This document shows positions 1 through 10,982 of a stretch of 33,297 nt of DNA, piece after piece. The stretch spans positions 1 through 33,297 of the forward strand of contig JAUCBJ010007323.1 in NCBI GenBank assembly GCA_032718475.1. Direction: 5' to 3'. This DNA comes from Nemertoderma westbladi (lineage: Eukaryota > Animalia > Xenacoelomorpha). The position numbers and the translations under genes were made by a program. The notes beneath the pieces are model-generated. The model did no database searches, was not told the origin of the DNA, and saw only the letters and a program-made list of their open reading frames with translations. How positions within the stretch are numbered: the first letter of the stretch is position 1; each line of letters starts with the position of its first letter.

Positions 1-915
1 GTTACCACGGTACAGCACAACCGATGGAAAGCTTTTATCTCACGGGAAAGCCTTATCTTATGTGTACAGTACAGTAGATACTGTACGTCGGTACTGTATA
101 CTCTAATGTGGGCGTATGATATTATTTGGAAATGAAAGCTCCCAAGTTCTAACGGAGCGACCTATCACACTCACACACTGTTTGTAGTTGGCATTGCTAT
201 ATCTGGGAATAATTCTAATGTACCGAACTTAGTTGTTCTGTCAGAGATGTTGTTGCTTACCTAATTACTATCGAATGCAGCTGAAATTAAACCAGTATAC
301 AGTACTGTACTAACTGTATGTCGAATAAATCAATAAATTGTGTAATGTATTATTATATTTACTGTCGGATACAAAACATCGTATACGACAGTAATTCATT
401 ACTGAGAGATAAAGTGATTACTATTAGTAATTACTTTATATTTATACTGGCAACCTGATAAATGTAGACGCATTATTTATTAGTAGACACCTCACAGTCA
501 CAATATCACCGGGCTCTCCACAGTATGGTCTTTTACCTGTGTCACTGTTGCTATACACAGTAGTACAGTACAGTTAGTTGCTTACTGCGAACTGAAAGAT
601 AGACTATAGGCCTAAATAGACCAACCCAACACCCTTGTCTATCCAAGCTATACATACGTTGATACTTTACCACACTAACAGACACCAAAGCAAATCCTAA
701 ATTGCGATACACCAATAGAAACATCTTGTCTACTCATGACTTATTTACTTTATTTTCTTTGCGCGAGAATGTGTATTTTGTGATCTTAGCAACATAACAC
801 GTTGCTTGATTTACCTATTCGAATGCTACGGTATATGTACTGTACTCTAGGCATGCAGCACTGTATAAGAAAACGTTAGATTAAATAGATTAATGTGGGA
901 TTAATTACCTTTCAG

Positions 916-1170
916 GTTGGCCGGTCCCACCGAGTCCATCTACAGCTATGGGACACCGCTGGGCAGGAGAGATTCCGCTCCCTAACCACTGCCTTCTTCC
1001 GTGACGCCATGGGTTTCCTTTTAGTCTATGACGTCACAAACGAGCAGTCGTTTGTAAACGTTCGCAATTGGGTGAGCCAGCTGCAAACTCACTCGTACAG
1101 CGACAAACCGGACGTGGTTCTCTGTGCCAATAAGATCGACTTAGGGCACCGTCGACAGGTTTCCATAAAG
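916..1170 (+). CDS. RAB27: Rab27-type small GTPase, internal exon (switch II to G4 box)
   Basis: TTTCAG|GTT acceptor (AG 914-915) and AAG|GTTAAT donor (1171). The 85 codons read [36 protein letters not shown]...[24 protein letters not shown] is characteristic of Rab27. No upstream exon recognised in the window. Confidence 0.93.
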
Positions 1171-1505
1171 GTTAATAATTAATTATTAGTTAATATTATT
1201 AGTATTAATATAACTGATACTTACTGTAGTACAATTTTAAAAATATACAGTATTGCACATAAACACAGGTTTGGTGTAGAAGAATGTGCTTCTTACATAA
1301 ACCTCGGAATGACCTGAAGAGATGTACCAGATACACGAAATATTCTATATTACTAAAACTCATCATCATGGTAATGAATATCCTTTACGTTTTTCTCATG
1401 GTTTTTCCTGTTATGTATACGATGAATTAGTACTGTACGTGTAAACGTGTACATATACATTAGTTTAGTGCAGTAAGGTTAACCGACATTCTGATTGGTT
1501 GATAG

Positions 1506-1742
1506 GATGGACAGGATCTCGCGGACAGTTACGGATTCGCCTTCTTCGAAACGTCGGCGGCTGGTGGGGACAACGTAGCTGAGGCTGTAGAGTGTCTGCT
1601 CAATAAAGTCATGTTGCGTATGGAACTCTGTGTAGATAGCTCACTTACAGGGACAGATTACTATGGTAACCTCTCGTCCAATAACAATCGTAAGAAACTT
1701 CAACTAGACGAAGCTTCCGATCCTTCTATGTGTACTTGTTGA
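1506..1742 (+). CDS. RAB27: Rab27-type small GTPase, terminal exon
   Basis: Not in the ORF track. Acceptor GATAG|GAT, phase 0, matches the previous exon. Translates DGQDLADSYGFAFFETSAAGGDNVAEAVECLLNKVMLRMELCVD...DPSMCTC*, with the G5 ETSA box and a C-terminal CXC prenylation motif. TGA at 1740-1742. Confidence 0.92.
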   Translation, partial: DGQDLADSYGFAFFETSAAGGDNVAEAVECLLNKVMLRMELCVDSSLTGTDYYGNLSSNNNRKKLQLDEASDPSMCTC

Positions 1743-2404
1743 TAACGCCCTCTAGCGGTGGATTAAGCAATACCTTCCATCGTCCCTTGTTAAAGCCCAG
1801 TACACAATCACTTGGTGTCACATAGAATTATTAATTTTATTAAATAATTTAATATTTATTATTACATTAATTTTGATGCTATGATATTTACTTATTTTAG
1901 TCAACTAATACCAAGCAGGATCTTTTCTTATTATATACAGGTAGACCTACTAATAACACTAGAGTTGTCTATAACATTATCTGATAGTTTGTTACCTACA
2001 CATACAGTACAGTATGTTTTCTTTCTGGCACATTCACACAACAATGATTCTAAAGTGAAAACTATTATTTTTTTACTTTGTATGTGAAGCCTACAGTATA
2101 TATCCGATATTTACATTAAGTTTTTTTCTCAAAAATATAATTTTATCTAAATTTTTGGTATACTGTAGTTTATACTCGTCGTCTTCTATTTCTATTGAGT
2201 AGCCTGTTATTTCTATTATACAATAGCCCTACCATAGATTGCCAATGCTTTATCATTATTTACTCAACGTCGATGTTAATATATTAATTATTATGTTATA
2301 CATATGCCAACACTGTAAAATCTCTAGTAAAATTTGCTTAAGGTTTAAAATTAGGGCCTTCTAGTTTTTAGTGTTGCGAGGCCCTGAAAAGTAATCAATA
2401 AACT

Positions 2405-2501
2405 GAACAATGGAGAAGTATTGTATATGTATAGGCTATAATTAATACTGAAGACTTACTCCAGATAAGTCTTCAGTATTATATGCACTTCTCCATTGTT
2501 C
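2405..2501. repeat. Nested inverted repeat (hairpin)
   Basis: Outer arms GAACAATGGAGAAGT (2405-2419) / ACTTCTCCATTGTTC (2487-2501). Inner arms TAATACTGAAGACTTA (2443-2458) / TAAGTCTTCAGTATTA (2466-2481), 7-nt loop. Confidence 0.85.
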
Positions 2502-2538
2502 TAGGTCTCGCGTGGATGATTGCTACCATGCTGTGTAA

Positions 2539-2730
2539 GGCCGCGTTCACACTACCGAGTCAAAGTCAAAGTCAAAAGAAAATAAATACAGCTAGCTAAG
2601 CAATAATAAATAATAATACATAATGTAGGCCCAATATAATATATAAGGGCATTCTAGAAAATATTCAATTTCCTGTGATTATGTTTTACATTTTGTCTTT
2701 TGACTTCGACTTAGTAGTGTGAACGCGGCC
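2539..2730. mobile_element. PIF/Harbinger (Tourist-like) MITE, 192 bp
   Basis: TIRs GGCCGCGTTCACACTAC (17 bp perfect, extending imperfectly to about 32 bp). TAA target duplication at 2536-2538 and 2731-2733. AT-rich non-coding interior. Confidence 0.88.
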
Positions 2731-3027
2731 TAAATCATTAATTATGAGTTCAGAACGCCAATATGTTGTCTTAATGGAACAAAATTACCTACATATTTTC
2801 TAAAAATTACACGATACAATGTTAAAGGCCCTTGTTTATGTAACCCTCCCTCCCTCCCTCGCTGCGCTCGCTCGGTACATATGTAAATACACTCGGGTCC
2901 CTAACTCTGAAAGGTGCACCTTTTCATACAATCATGTTTAAATAAACTGTATTTATTGTTTTGGTTGTTATTTGTTTGGGATTTGATAATCAGCCGATCA
3001 ACACTGGTCAGTCCAGTTTATTCTGTT

Positions 3028-3203
3028 GTAGGCCCCTACTGTAGTAGCCTACCTTACTAAGCTACAGTAACTGTATTTATATGTAGCTAGGCCCCTACTG
3101 TAGTAGGCCTAACTTACTAAGCTACTGTATTTATATGTAGCTAGGCCCCTACTGTAGTAGGCCTAACTTACTAAGCTACTGTATTTATAGCTAGGCCCCT
3201 ACA
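3028..3203. repeat. Tandem repeat, ~52-62 bp unit, about 3 copies
   Basis: Unit TAGGCCCCTACTGTAGTAGGCCTAACTTACTAAGCTACTGTATTTATATGTAGC repeated with small indels. Confidence 0.85.
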
Positions 3204-4019
3204 ATATAACATAACCCACAAAAGTAGCAGAATTTTCGGAAAATTTCCATTATGTAACTTTATTAAGCATATTATTTTCTTACTGTAACAATATTTTACA
3301 CTTTGAGATGTTCACATGTACGGATGTGCTTGGCTTCTTTCTACTGATCCAATAAGGACACACTCTAATGATGATATCATAAAACTATATACAGTATTAC
3401 TGTATATCATACTGGGGGTCTATATGCATTAGTACTACAATTTAGAAACCAAATGCTGAAAAGTAGAGAAGACGTACAATATTACAGTTTAACCGTTGCC
3501 GTAAATGGCGCATTAAATGTTGAGCAATTTGTGAATTTTAGAATTTGAAATCATTATCTATTTGGCAAGGAGCTGTGCGTATGTTGACATTAATTTAAAT
3601 ATTGCAATAACCAAACCGTCTTTAGTTGGATCTGTTTATGTAGGCCTAGAGGCCTATTGTATTTATTATTTATTATATTGTCCGCATATTTGCATTGTAG
3701 TGCAAAATTATACATACAGTAAAGTAAAGATTATACGCATTGTTGGCCTACCCCGTTTTATTTAATCGGGCGCGGTGTTCAATATCATTGTTTACGTATT
3801 GTAAATCATTGGAGATATAGTGTGGGGCGGTATGATCCTATATTGGCATTGTCAATCTAGATTTACAATTTATAATAAATTCTAAAATAAATTTAGTAGC
3901 TTTTGGAGAATGCTAAAATTTAAATATTTTGTTCCGGGAATCGCTCGGGATGGTATTCCAGATAGTCTGGTCTTGGAAACACATGGACCTTACTAAACTC
4001 AGTGATTAAAGACTAAAAC

Positions 4020-4345
4020 CTTGGCACCACGACTACTCCCCATGATTCTTCTGAATCGGGACTAGGCCTACTTAATTTAGATATTAGAGTTAAGCAGTTA
4101 TGTCTAAACTAGTGCATAAAGTTTATAATGGAAGGTAAGTGTCCCAATTACCTACAACAAAAATTCAACAAAGTGGGCGATGCACTAGAGCTAGTGCTTC
4201 AAACATCCCGAATTGTACATAAAACCTTCGAAACTGAAAGTTTCTAACTTCACAGTATGAAAAGTTAGAACAATTTGCCTGAAATCAAATACCTGGAATC
4301 AACACTCTTTTAAATCGGCAGTTAAATTTCCACTTCCGTTTGCAG
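4020..4345 (+). pseudogene. Decayed 3' end of a CR1/L2-type LINE ORF2
   Basis: Frame-broken translation GLGLLNLDIRVKQLCL / LVHKVYNG / CPNYLQQKFNKVGD / TRAS / NNLPEIK / SFKSAVKFPL resembles the C-terminal tail of CR1-group RT proteins. Boundaries approximate. Confidence 0.55.
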
Positions 4346-4736
4346 TGTAATAAGTCGGTACAATAGTCATACAGTAAGTTACTGTTGTATTGGGTTACCA
4401 ATCATTTACTGTATACTCGAATTACGTTTTATAAATTTCTTCGTTGTATCTTTATCGTTGAGTCGGTTGATTGTCAGGTAAAAGGTGTACAGATAAACTA
4501 AAAATAAATTTAGCGAATTGGTTATTGATATTTCGCTTAATCCACTTTTGATATAAAGTATCTGCATATATAATCCAGGTTATAAAATATGTAGTTAATT
4601 AAGGGTAAATCAAACAGATTTAAATTCCAGATGTGTTTACATAGTGTAAAGTGGACACGTATACAAATATATCTGTCTTAAAATTTTCAATAAAATGAAA
4701 TAATGCTTGGTATTTGTTATTTGCTGAAAGCTATAC

Positions 4737-5270
4737 ACTGAAAAAACGAAGTTGTACTTTTTTCATAAAAAAGTGCCGATTTTCCAAAAAAGTGCATCTG
4801 GTTTTGAGTACTCAAACGAGATACGCTTTTTTGAAAAACCGGCACTTTTTTAAGTAGCAAAAAGAGGCACTTTTTATTACAATATAAAAATGGCACTTTT
4901 TCAAGGAGCAGAAAAGATCAGTTTTAATTACTCTAAAAGTGGTACTTTTTTGATAATGTTAGTACTGATTTTCTGTTTAGAAAACGACACTTTTCTGAAT
5001 ATTATTTACGTTTTTATATTCATTAGTAGTAAAAAAGCTCATCTTTTTTTTATGTAATATGTACTTTACTTGTGGGATAATCATTTAAAACATGCACTTT
5101 TTAGATTAAGCAGCACTTATTAAAATATAAAGTGGTACTTGATTTCCAATTAAAGTGCTACTTTCTATTTAAAAATACCACTCCCCGCTATATTTAAGAT
5201 CAATTTATATTACTTAGTTTGTGAAAAAGAGGTACTTTTCACTGTAAAGAAGAACTAGTTTGGTTTGCTT
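4737..5270. mobile_element. Possible truncated end of a CACTG-terminus (EnSpm/CMC-like) non-autonomous element with degenerate subterminal repeats
   Basis: Begins TA|CACTGAAAAAA, followed by many AAAAAGTG(G/C).../GGCACTTTTT/GTACTTTTT motifs in both orientations. No matching right end found. Confidence 0.35.
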
Positions 5271-5414
5271 ATCAAAGGGGAACTTATATTCTTTTTAATA
5301 ATGAGTGTACATTTCTTTAAATTAAATGAAGTCATATGTTTAAGGTATGATGAATATTGACCCCAAAGTTTATCCCCATAAAAGTTTAATAATGAATAAT
5401 AAACAACACGAGAA

Positions 5415-6161
5415 TCAATTATTATAATTATGGCTATTAATATACACGAGATTGATCAAATATTTAACACAGAACAGTTTTACAGTTTCTATGGCAGCCG
5501 CTGCTTCAGTTAGATCATAACAGATAGTTATACTGGTATAAGACATGACATAAAACGCAACGAACATCGGAGGAGGGTCAGTTCCATATGGTGCAACAGA
5601 AACCTTACCAGGCCAGGGTATATTCTTTTTTCTTATTCTCGCCCAAATGAGAGCGCCGCCTCCTCCTCCAGGAATATAATCAGCATCTCCTAGATCTGAC
5701 TCCGAAATAGACACTGACTCGAGGCTCGAACTGGAAGCGGTTGTTGAATAGGAATTATCCGATTCGGGGTCATCTGAACTCCGCAGATCCTCCTGTAGGT
5801 CTGACCTGAACCGTTTTCTTTCTTGGTTTTTAATTTTTTTCTTAGCCGTCAACCAGTCAACACGTTCAACGTTCACTTTCATTCGTTTGCAGCCAGTAAA
5901 TCTCTTAGTTGCATCCTTACTCAACACTTGACCCTCCACAGCAGTTGATGTTACCGAGGTATCGGTACCGGTAGTAACACTTTCATTGTCATCGCCCTTG
6001 TTGTAGGCCTCGGATGGATCAACGGTGGTATCCTTAGGCCTTATCCCTATGCCTGCGGCACCCATGTGCCGGTAAGACTTGTTTGCCTTGTGTAGGGATA
6101 ACTTATGACGGAATTGTATCGTGAAGGCGGTGGTGTTTAATCTGCATCTCCGGATACACAT
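5415..6161 (-). CDS. Unknown ORF or exon: Ser/acidic low-complexity region, basic patch and a PWWP-like segment
   Basis: 248-codon frame, GC-richer than its flanks. GALIWARIRKKNIPWPGKV...PPPMFVAFY resembles the PWWP start (G-x-LVWAK...PWWPxxV). True start and end uncertain (Met at 6065; possible donor CTG|GTAAGG). Confidence 0.4.
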   Translation of the reverse strand: MCIRRCRLNTTAFTIQFRHKLSLHKANKSYRHMGAAGIGIRPKDTTVDPSEAYNKGDDNESVTTGTDTSVTSTAVEGQVLSKDATKRFTGCKRMKVNVERVDWLTAKKKIKNQERKRFRSDLQEDLRSSDDPESDNSYSTTASSSSLESVSISESDLGDADYIPGGGGGALIWARIRKKNIPWPGKVSVAPYGTDPPPMFVAFYVMSYTSITICYDLTEAAAAIETVKLFCVKYLINLVYINSHNYNN

Positions 6162-6324
6162 AACACACTGATTCCGCCATTTGATAAATATCGCAAATAT
6201 TCCGACTTTCTAAGTCAGATAGAAATTGACGAACGGCTCGACGAAATCCAGGAGTATCCTTGGCTACATCGCGGTAATTTCCAGTTGAATTACTGGGATT
6301 CTCAGCTGCATTTCCGGAAGGCGA

Positions 6325-6575
6325 TTCGCTAAGTTTGGTTTAATTTCATCAATGATTGACTGAGTTATTTTGGTTTTTATCAAAAGTCTTAAACTACCGG
6401 TAGCGACTGACAGACTGTCTGATTTTTGACCAAACTTCAGATTCTTTCCAAAGTACTGAATCCTGAAAGTACTGAAGTTCCGAAGTACTGCATACGGACA
6501 AGGTTTGGTTTAATTTCATCAAGGAATGACCGAGTTATTAGCATCAAAAATTTATGACGACGACGACAGACAACT
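6325..6575 (-). mobile_element. HINE/DINE-1-like (Helentron-associated) element fragment
   Basis: Two copies (~6331-6368, ~6501-6539) of the reverse complement of the core ATAACTCGGTCAATCCTTGATGAAAT..CCAAACTT seen at 14453 and 16005, plus a GAC/GACA microsatellite that ends where the LTR relic starts (6576). Confidence 0.5.
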
Positions 6576-7425
6576 TGTAAAAGCTTTTGTGGGATAACTG
6601 ATTCGTTTGCCTTGTTGGCCAGTTCCCCCCCAGTCGCTAAGAATACTCTCAAAGTGATCTACAGCTAAAAATAGTGCAAGTTACCAGCTTATTGGCTGAT
6701 TTGCTGTACGCAGGCATCTGGGCTCTGTTTAATCGGCCAACAAGCCTAGGGAGGTTGCGTCATAGCCTTGTTTTGTATCTCCCAATAGAATTTGAGTTAT
6801 CCTTGATGTTGACCTATCACAGGCTACTGAACTGAAAATTTCCTATCTCACTGCTCTTTCTCTGTGTTGAACGGGAGCTTCGTGGAATAAGGGAGTTGGT
6901 ATCCTCGTATAGAGCAGTAGTCACGAGTTTTTCAAAGCCACGAAAGAACGGCTTTTTAGTGTTTTATGTTTTATGCTTTTTAGCTCAACACTAGTAGGTT
7001 TAATTACAAGGACATATATCCTTTAACTGACAAACTGGCTGCAATTACGCATCAAACAACCTGGCTTTAAACTCTGTAAATATCAAAACAAACTGGCACG
7101 ATTGATCTGTGAATACTGCATACTGCTATTTGTTGTCGGTTATTCATTATATTTGTTGATGAATTATTATATTGGAATAACGAGAAATAACCCCGACACC
7201 CAATATTCTTGATATACCGAAGGTAAGAGAGAAAGGTTACCAATAACGATTGTGACTTATGTTAAAGTGGTTTGAAGTGAATCTAATGTTATTTGATAGA
7301 CCCTACATGAGTCAGTCTGTGTTCCTTTTATATGTGATTAAAATCAGTGAAGATTGGCAGATTAGTGTGCAGTATTGTGCAGCATTGCGTATGAGCGAGT
7401 CTGTTAAAGAAGCAATTCCTAAAGA

Positions 7426-8808
7426 GGGTAACAGACGTTTCGGTCTAAGACGTTTTGGCCTAGGACGTTTCGGCCCAATGAATGAAATACAAGATTTGCT
7501 TGTCGGACGTTTTGGCCCAAAGATTCACTTTACTCCCTTAAATAAGCGATTAATAATAAGTTATTCAATATATTTGTTTTGTAGTTGTTACGTTCGTTAC
7601 AAGAGGAGTTGTCAGTAGGAACTGCTCGAACACTTGTTTGAAAGTCGTCAAGATCGAAGTTCTACATTATATTTATAAATAATAACTAATGTAATATTAT
7701 TATTATTATTTATTAATATAAATTTACACCATACTGTAACTTAGAACAAAGATAACATATGTTGACAAATTAACTTTAGTATTATGATGATGGGGTTTCC
7801 CCCATAAAAAAACATACGTATTTTAAAATGTGAGTCAATAAATTAAGTACATTAAAATAAACCGAATTAAAATTATTACTGTATTTTAATGTTGGTCTTA
7901 AAAATATAATAGATAAGAAATATTTCATTATAGGAGCATTGCTAATAATTAAGAGACAGACAGGATGTCATATGGAATGAGATAAAATATATGCGTATTA
8001 AATTTAAATTTAGATGAAATGTATGCGTATTAAATTTAAATTTAGATGAAATGTATGCGCATTAAAAGGACCAGAGTGGATGTGAAGTGAAATAAAATAT
8101 GTATTAAAAGCATATGTATTAATAAAAGCATGATACGTCGTATGCGCATTAAAAGGACCAGAGTGGATGTGAAGTGAAATAAAATATGTATTAAAAGCAT
8201 ATGTATTAATAAAAGCATGATACGTCGTTATCTATCTATCAGTATAAATCAAAATCATCTATCATCGAAGATGAGAGTTATTGTTTCAACAGATCATTAA
8301 GACATAGCTGCAATACACTGTCCAGCTACAAGAATTATCAATTGAGTAGGCCTAATGTTTAAAGTTAATGAAGTATCTCCAAAATATATCGATCAGACGA
8401 GATATAAGCTCTACATGGGTCGTGAAATTGATTCACTTTGGTAGTACTGTATATTAGCAATGTGGTACTCGAGACCAATAGATTTGTTCTGACTTGCATT
8501 TTTTCGGCCGCATAACATAATTGATGGCGAATTGTTTATGAAACCAGAGCACCACTTCCCTTGTTTATTTTATTTTGAAATAAAGGTAAATTAAATAGCC
8601 ATTTCATGAAATATATTTTATTAAGTGTTTGTATGTTATTGTGAAATAATTATAATTTTAATGAATAATTATTATCATATCAAACAAGTTGGCCTTTTCA
8701 TTAAGTTACAGTCATGGGCCGAAACGTCCGGGCCGAATCGTCCGGGCCGAAATGTCCAGGCCGAAACGTCCTGGACCGAAACGTCCTAGGCCGAAACGTC
8801 TGTATACC
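7426..8808. mobile_element. Non-autonomous MULE/Mutator-like element with tandem-repeat TIRs, 1383 bp
   Basis: 9-bp TSD TCCTAAAGA (7417-7425, 8809-8817), present once in the intact LTR. Termini GGGTAACAGACGTTTCGG / reverse complement GGTATACAGACGTTTCGG. 14-15 bp GGACGTTTCGGCC(T/C) units at both ends in inverted orientation. No transposase. Confidence 0.88.
7990..8228. repeat. Internal tandem duplications (32 bp x2, then 87 bp x2)
   Basis: TATGCGTATTAAATTTAAATTTAGATGAAATG twice, then TATGCGCATTAAAAGGACCAGAGTGG...GATACGTCG twice (8054-8140, 8141-8227). Confidence 0.85.
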
Positions 8809-9127
8809 TCCTAAAGAATGCGCCATATATGTGAATTATAATTAAGCCATATCGTTGTGAGTAGTTTAAGTCATAACTCTGTTTATATAGATAAAGCGCC
8901 ACGTCCTAAAGGAACTGTTAATATTCCCGAAGGTGAATAATATTGTCAGAGATTATATAATACTGTCAGTCCGGAGTTGGGATTTGGCCGGAGCCGGAGT
9001 TGGGCAATTTGGCCGGAGCCGGAGTTTTTCAAAAATTTTAAAAAATTAATTATTTATTAAAAAAAAAATAAAGTATGGTTATCGTTCGCCAATCGCTCAT
9101 AATCAATCATACTGCTGTACTGTAGGT

Positions 9128-9451
9128 CTAATTAATTTCATAAATTTCATAAAGTCTAACTTTAGAGTAGCCTTGTTCGCATTGTTCCAGGTTTAGGCCT
9201 ATAGATTCCACCGTCTTCGTTCCAGGTTTAATTCTGTAATAGATTCCATTATCCGTCTCGATCGCTTCGCTATGCACCATCTTACTGGGTTTAATAAACT
9301 CCATCGCCTTCCTGTCGTTCTCTGTTTTGTAGATTACTTCGCCATCGTCTGATCGCTTTGGTTGCGTGTTTAATACTGTAATTGTAATAGAATCCGTCGC
9401 CATCGTATCGTTCTGGATATATTGAATAGACTCCATTCTGCCATTGTCCAT
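9128..9451 (-). CDS. Unknown 107-aa ORF, possibly a TE-derived fragment
   Basis: ATG-initiated frame with protein-like composition; no motif recognised. Confidence 0.25.
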   Translation of the reverse strand: MDNGRMESIQYIQNDTMATDSITITVLNTQPKRSDDGEVIYKTENDRKAMEFIKPSKMVHSEAIETDNGIYYRIKPGTKTVESIGLNLEQCEQGYSKVRLYEIYEIN

Positions 9452-9524
9452 CGCGATCGTTTCAATGAAACGATCGATTGAAATTGCTGCATTGGCAACT
9501 GCTCCAAATACTTGTGTTTGATTG

Positions 9525-9707
9525 TGTGCCTATTTTAGTAACATCCCTAATACGCTAGCAGATGCACAGCTTCTACTAAATAAAGTGGAGAGGGGTGCTA
9601 AGGAGGTTGGATTGAATATAAATGCTACAAAGACCGAATTCATGACTTTTAATGTTAATTGTAACTTGACCACTATTGATAATAATACATATATTAAGGA
9701 AAGTTGA
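9525..9707 (+). pseudogene. Non-LTR (RTE-like) reverse transcriptase fragment
   Basis: NTLADAQLLLNKVERGAKEVGLNINATKTEFMTFN matches the segment just after the YADD motif of LINE RTs (GLxINxxKTxxM). Confidence 0.75.
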
Positions 9708-10017
9708 CGACTCCCAGTAGGCCTACCGTACAGTAGTCATGGATACTAGAATAAATACTACAGATGTTCTACAGTCAGACAGTGGAAGTGTTTGTTATGA
9801 TTGTGTAATGTTTTGTACTTTACCTGTTAGTTATTATTTCACGATATACAGTTGTACCGACCGATATCAGTATAATGAATGGTATGAATCAAACAACATC
9901 GTCACTGTCTCTGTAATATTGCTTTGCGTAGAAAACACCGCAACATCAGCTGATAAAAATAAGTAAAACAAGGTCTCCTTGAATGGCTTACTACCAATCT
10001 TACAACAAAAATTCATT

Positions 10018-10090
10018 CACCGGAATGGGGGATTGAACTCTGTACCTAGAGATTAAAGGTCCCACGCTCTTCAAACTGAGCAACTGGGGC
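10018..10090 (-). pseudogene. Degenerate tRNA-Lys(TTT)-like sequence (tRNA pseudogene or SINE head)
   Basis: Minus strand GCCCCAGTTGCTCAGTTTGAAGAGCGTGGGACCTTTAATCTCTAGGTACAGAGTTCAATCCCCCATTCCGGTG (73 nt) is collinear with animal tRNA-Lys(UUU). A-box, B-box GTTCAATCC and a downstream TTTTT are present; acceptor and T stems are mismatched. Confidence 0.7.
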
Positions 10091-10534
10091 CGTATCAATC
10101 CCTAATGCCAACATCTAACGAGAAATTAACAACAACAACAACAATGGAGTGAATACTAGAGGTCTCGCTACGTGGACCTAAAAAAGAACAAAAATTCACT
10201 GCTTATGAATGCCTGTAAATGGCTACCGTTAGGCATATTGTAAATGAATAATATTAAGGGGAGCAGGCAGTGAAAAAAGAATTTTCTGACCAAATTTTTT
10301 TTATTGAATTTTCTAGTTCAAAATTTTATTAGCTATTCAAAAAATTAAGTCCTAATTAAATACAATCAAGCATTCAAAAGTTATGAACATTTGAGTGAAG
10401 TGCACTCCTGACATTTTTTTTCGAAAAAAAATTTAACAAAATTAACATGATGTAATCCTAAATATTATTCGTCTTTAATAATTTTTTTTTTCTGGAACAT
10501 TTTTTAAATGTATGAATAGCCACGTAATTGCACA

Positions 10535-10745
10535 TTAATAATTAAATAATTATTTTAATTAATAATTAATTAATTATTTTAATTAATAATTAATTAATTA
10601 TTTTAATTAATAATTAATTAATATTATATTAATATATTATTAATTATATAATATAATATTAATTATAATTATTAATAATATTAATATATTATATATTAAT
10701 AATTAATATTTAATTAATTAATTAATTGCACATTAATAATAATAC
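10535..10745. repeat. Almost pure A/T low-complexity tract with 24-bp TTAATTATTTTAATTAATAATTAA-type units
   Basis: Direct reading; lies downstream of the transposase ORF, within the element. Confidence 0.85.
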
Positions 10746-10982
10746 CATTAGCACGAAATTAAGTATTATAATTAGTAGTACCAGTAATATAGGATTAATT
10801 ATTAATAAGACAAAATGAAATGATATATAAGTGACAAAATGAACAAAAAAATTATTGATAAAACAAATTTATTATTATTAATTGTGATTAATTAATTAAT
10901 TAATTAATTAATAATGTTATTAATTATTTAATTACTAATTTATTGTATTAGGTGTAGAATTAGTTTCCATATTATTTGCAAG

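Larger units (their letters stand above)
6576..8955 (+). mobile_element. Old, 3'-truncated LTR relic related to the LTRs at 17182/28461, opposite orientation, split by an insertion
   Basis: Starts TGTAAAAGCTTTTGTGGGAT...AGTTCCCCCCCAGTCGCTAAGAATACTCT versus TGTAAAAGCTTCTGTGGGAT...AGTTCCCCCCAGGCGCTGGAATACTCT for the young LTR (minus strand). Collinear similarity at ~7190-7425 and 8809-8955 (identical GCGCCACGTCCTAAAGGAACTGTTAATATT). The last ~230 bp of the LTR are missing. Confidence 0.88.

Noticed and set aside
2844-2876. CCCTCGCTGCGCTCGCTCGG resembling the AAV Rep-binding element
   Set aside because: Too short, with no ITR hairpin or rep gene; similar GC words are common in invertebrate repeats.
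7259-7618. 119-aa ORF with RRFG repeats
   Set aside because: Chimeric across the LTR relic/MULE junction; the RRFG repeats are the translated 15-bp TIR units.
8966-9030. TTTGGCCGGAGCCGGAGTT duplicated motif as a complete MITE
   Set aside because: No partner terminus or TSD; at most a fragment at the point where the LTR relic is truncated.
10018-10090. Functional tRNA-Lys, or primer for the LTR element
   Set aside because: Stems are broken, and it is not complementary to the sequence at the PBS position.
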